Source of the DNA: Balanoglossus misakiensis
Lineage: Eukaryota > Animalia > Hemichordata
NCBI GenBank assembly: GCA_040954595.2
Contig: CM082598.2
Span: 5,595,097 to 5,659,096 of the forward strand
DNA length: 64,000 nt
Direction: 5' to 3'
Shown here: one piece after another, positions 63,145-64,000 of the stretch
How the letters are laid out: every line of letters begins with the position of its first letter
Numbering within the stretch: the first letter of the stretch is position 1
Notes under the pieces: model-generated
What the model was told of the DNA's origin: nothing
Database searches by the model: none
Seen by the model: the letters and a program-made list of their open reading frames with translations, nothing else
Made by a program: the position numbers and the translations under genes

Positions 63145-64000
63145 AGACGAACCATGTACACAGTCAGCGTGATCGCTGCGCTGACCTCTGACCCATGACC
63201 ATTCACGTGACGCACACTCAGGGCACTGTCTTGGTTACCCAGACCCCCTTGCTTCTTCCGCTGCACTCTTTTAATTTCTGGAGCGCAGCGGAAGAAACAG
63301 AGGGGTCTGGGTAACCAAACTGGTTATCTGAGGTATACAAGAAACTTGTGTAAACAAGAGACATGTTCAAAGATCTTTGAAAACACAGATGAGAGCGAAA
63401 TAGGTCGATAACACAAGTCGCACTAGATTTCATGAAGTATTTGTAACTAATAGGCCTAACTGTACACTCTGCAATTGCTGAATTTTTACAAAAAGAAAGA
63501 AAAAAATAATCATCGAACTGACTTTGTTATATAACGCTTTGTGTAAATTTGTACTTTAGAGTTGAGTCGATATATGCCGAATTGATGCAGAATCTAACGG
63601 GAAATGGGATGGGAGTACCTCAGGCTACCATTACTACTGTAAGACGCTTTATTTTCGCGATATCCAGAGAGGCCACTGTTTCAATATTCGCGTTCTCTTA
63701 TTTCATTCACTGCATCGTTATCTTCAAAAAAGTTGACAGACGAACCATGTACACAGTCAGCGTGATCGCAGCGCTGACCTCTGACCCATGACCATTCACG
63801 TGACGCACACTCAGGGCACTGTCTTGGTTACCCAGACCCCCTTGCTTCTTCCGCTGCACTCTTTTAATTTCTGGAGCGCAGCGGAAAAAGCAGAGGGGTC
63901 TGGGTAACCAAACTGGTTATCTGAGATATACAAGAAACTTTCGATATGAGTAAACAAGAGACATGTTCAAAGATCTTTGAAAACACAGCTGAGAGCGAAA
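63145..64000 (+). repeat. Direct repeat of >=255 bp (63145-63400 and 63738-window end) containing an internal palindrome
   Basis: Near-identical copies offset by 593 bp. Confidence 0.88.

Overview
AT-rich, intron-containing animal DNA. The repeat and gene content suggests a marine invertebrate deuterostome such as a hemichordate or echinoderm, but this is inference only. Three spliced genes were reconstructed by hand, with GT-AG junctions and matching intron phases throughout. (1) A 6-exon, 554-aa cation-type nicotinic acetylcholine receptor subunit lacking the loop-C vicinal cysteines (+, 10858-18462). (2) A 9-exon, 589-aa secreted mosaic protein, SP-PAN-EGF-TSP1-SRCR-TSP1-CCP-cbEGF-CTLD (+, 24945-46235). 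(3) A 1271-aa THAP zinc-finger protein with 9 coding exons (-, 62438-53147), carrying two diverged copies of a ~170-aa domain I do not recognise. The rest is dense non-autonomous transposons: TTAA/AG-ended Kolobok-like MITEs, TA-flanked Tc1/mariner-like MITEs, TAG..CTA elements with 9-bp TSDs (AcademH-like, stacked in tandem), a piggyBac-like MITE and an L2-like LINE tail. The most striking structure is an 11.3-kb nested stack of Helentron/DINE-1-like elements in one intron, whose ends close in last-in-first-out order. No rRNA, tRNA or CRISPR array was seen. Most ORFs in the supplied track are spurious repeat translations.
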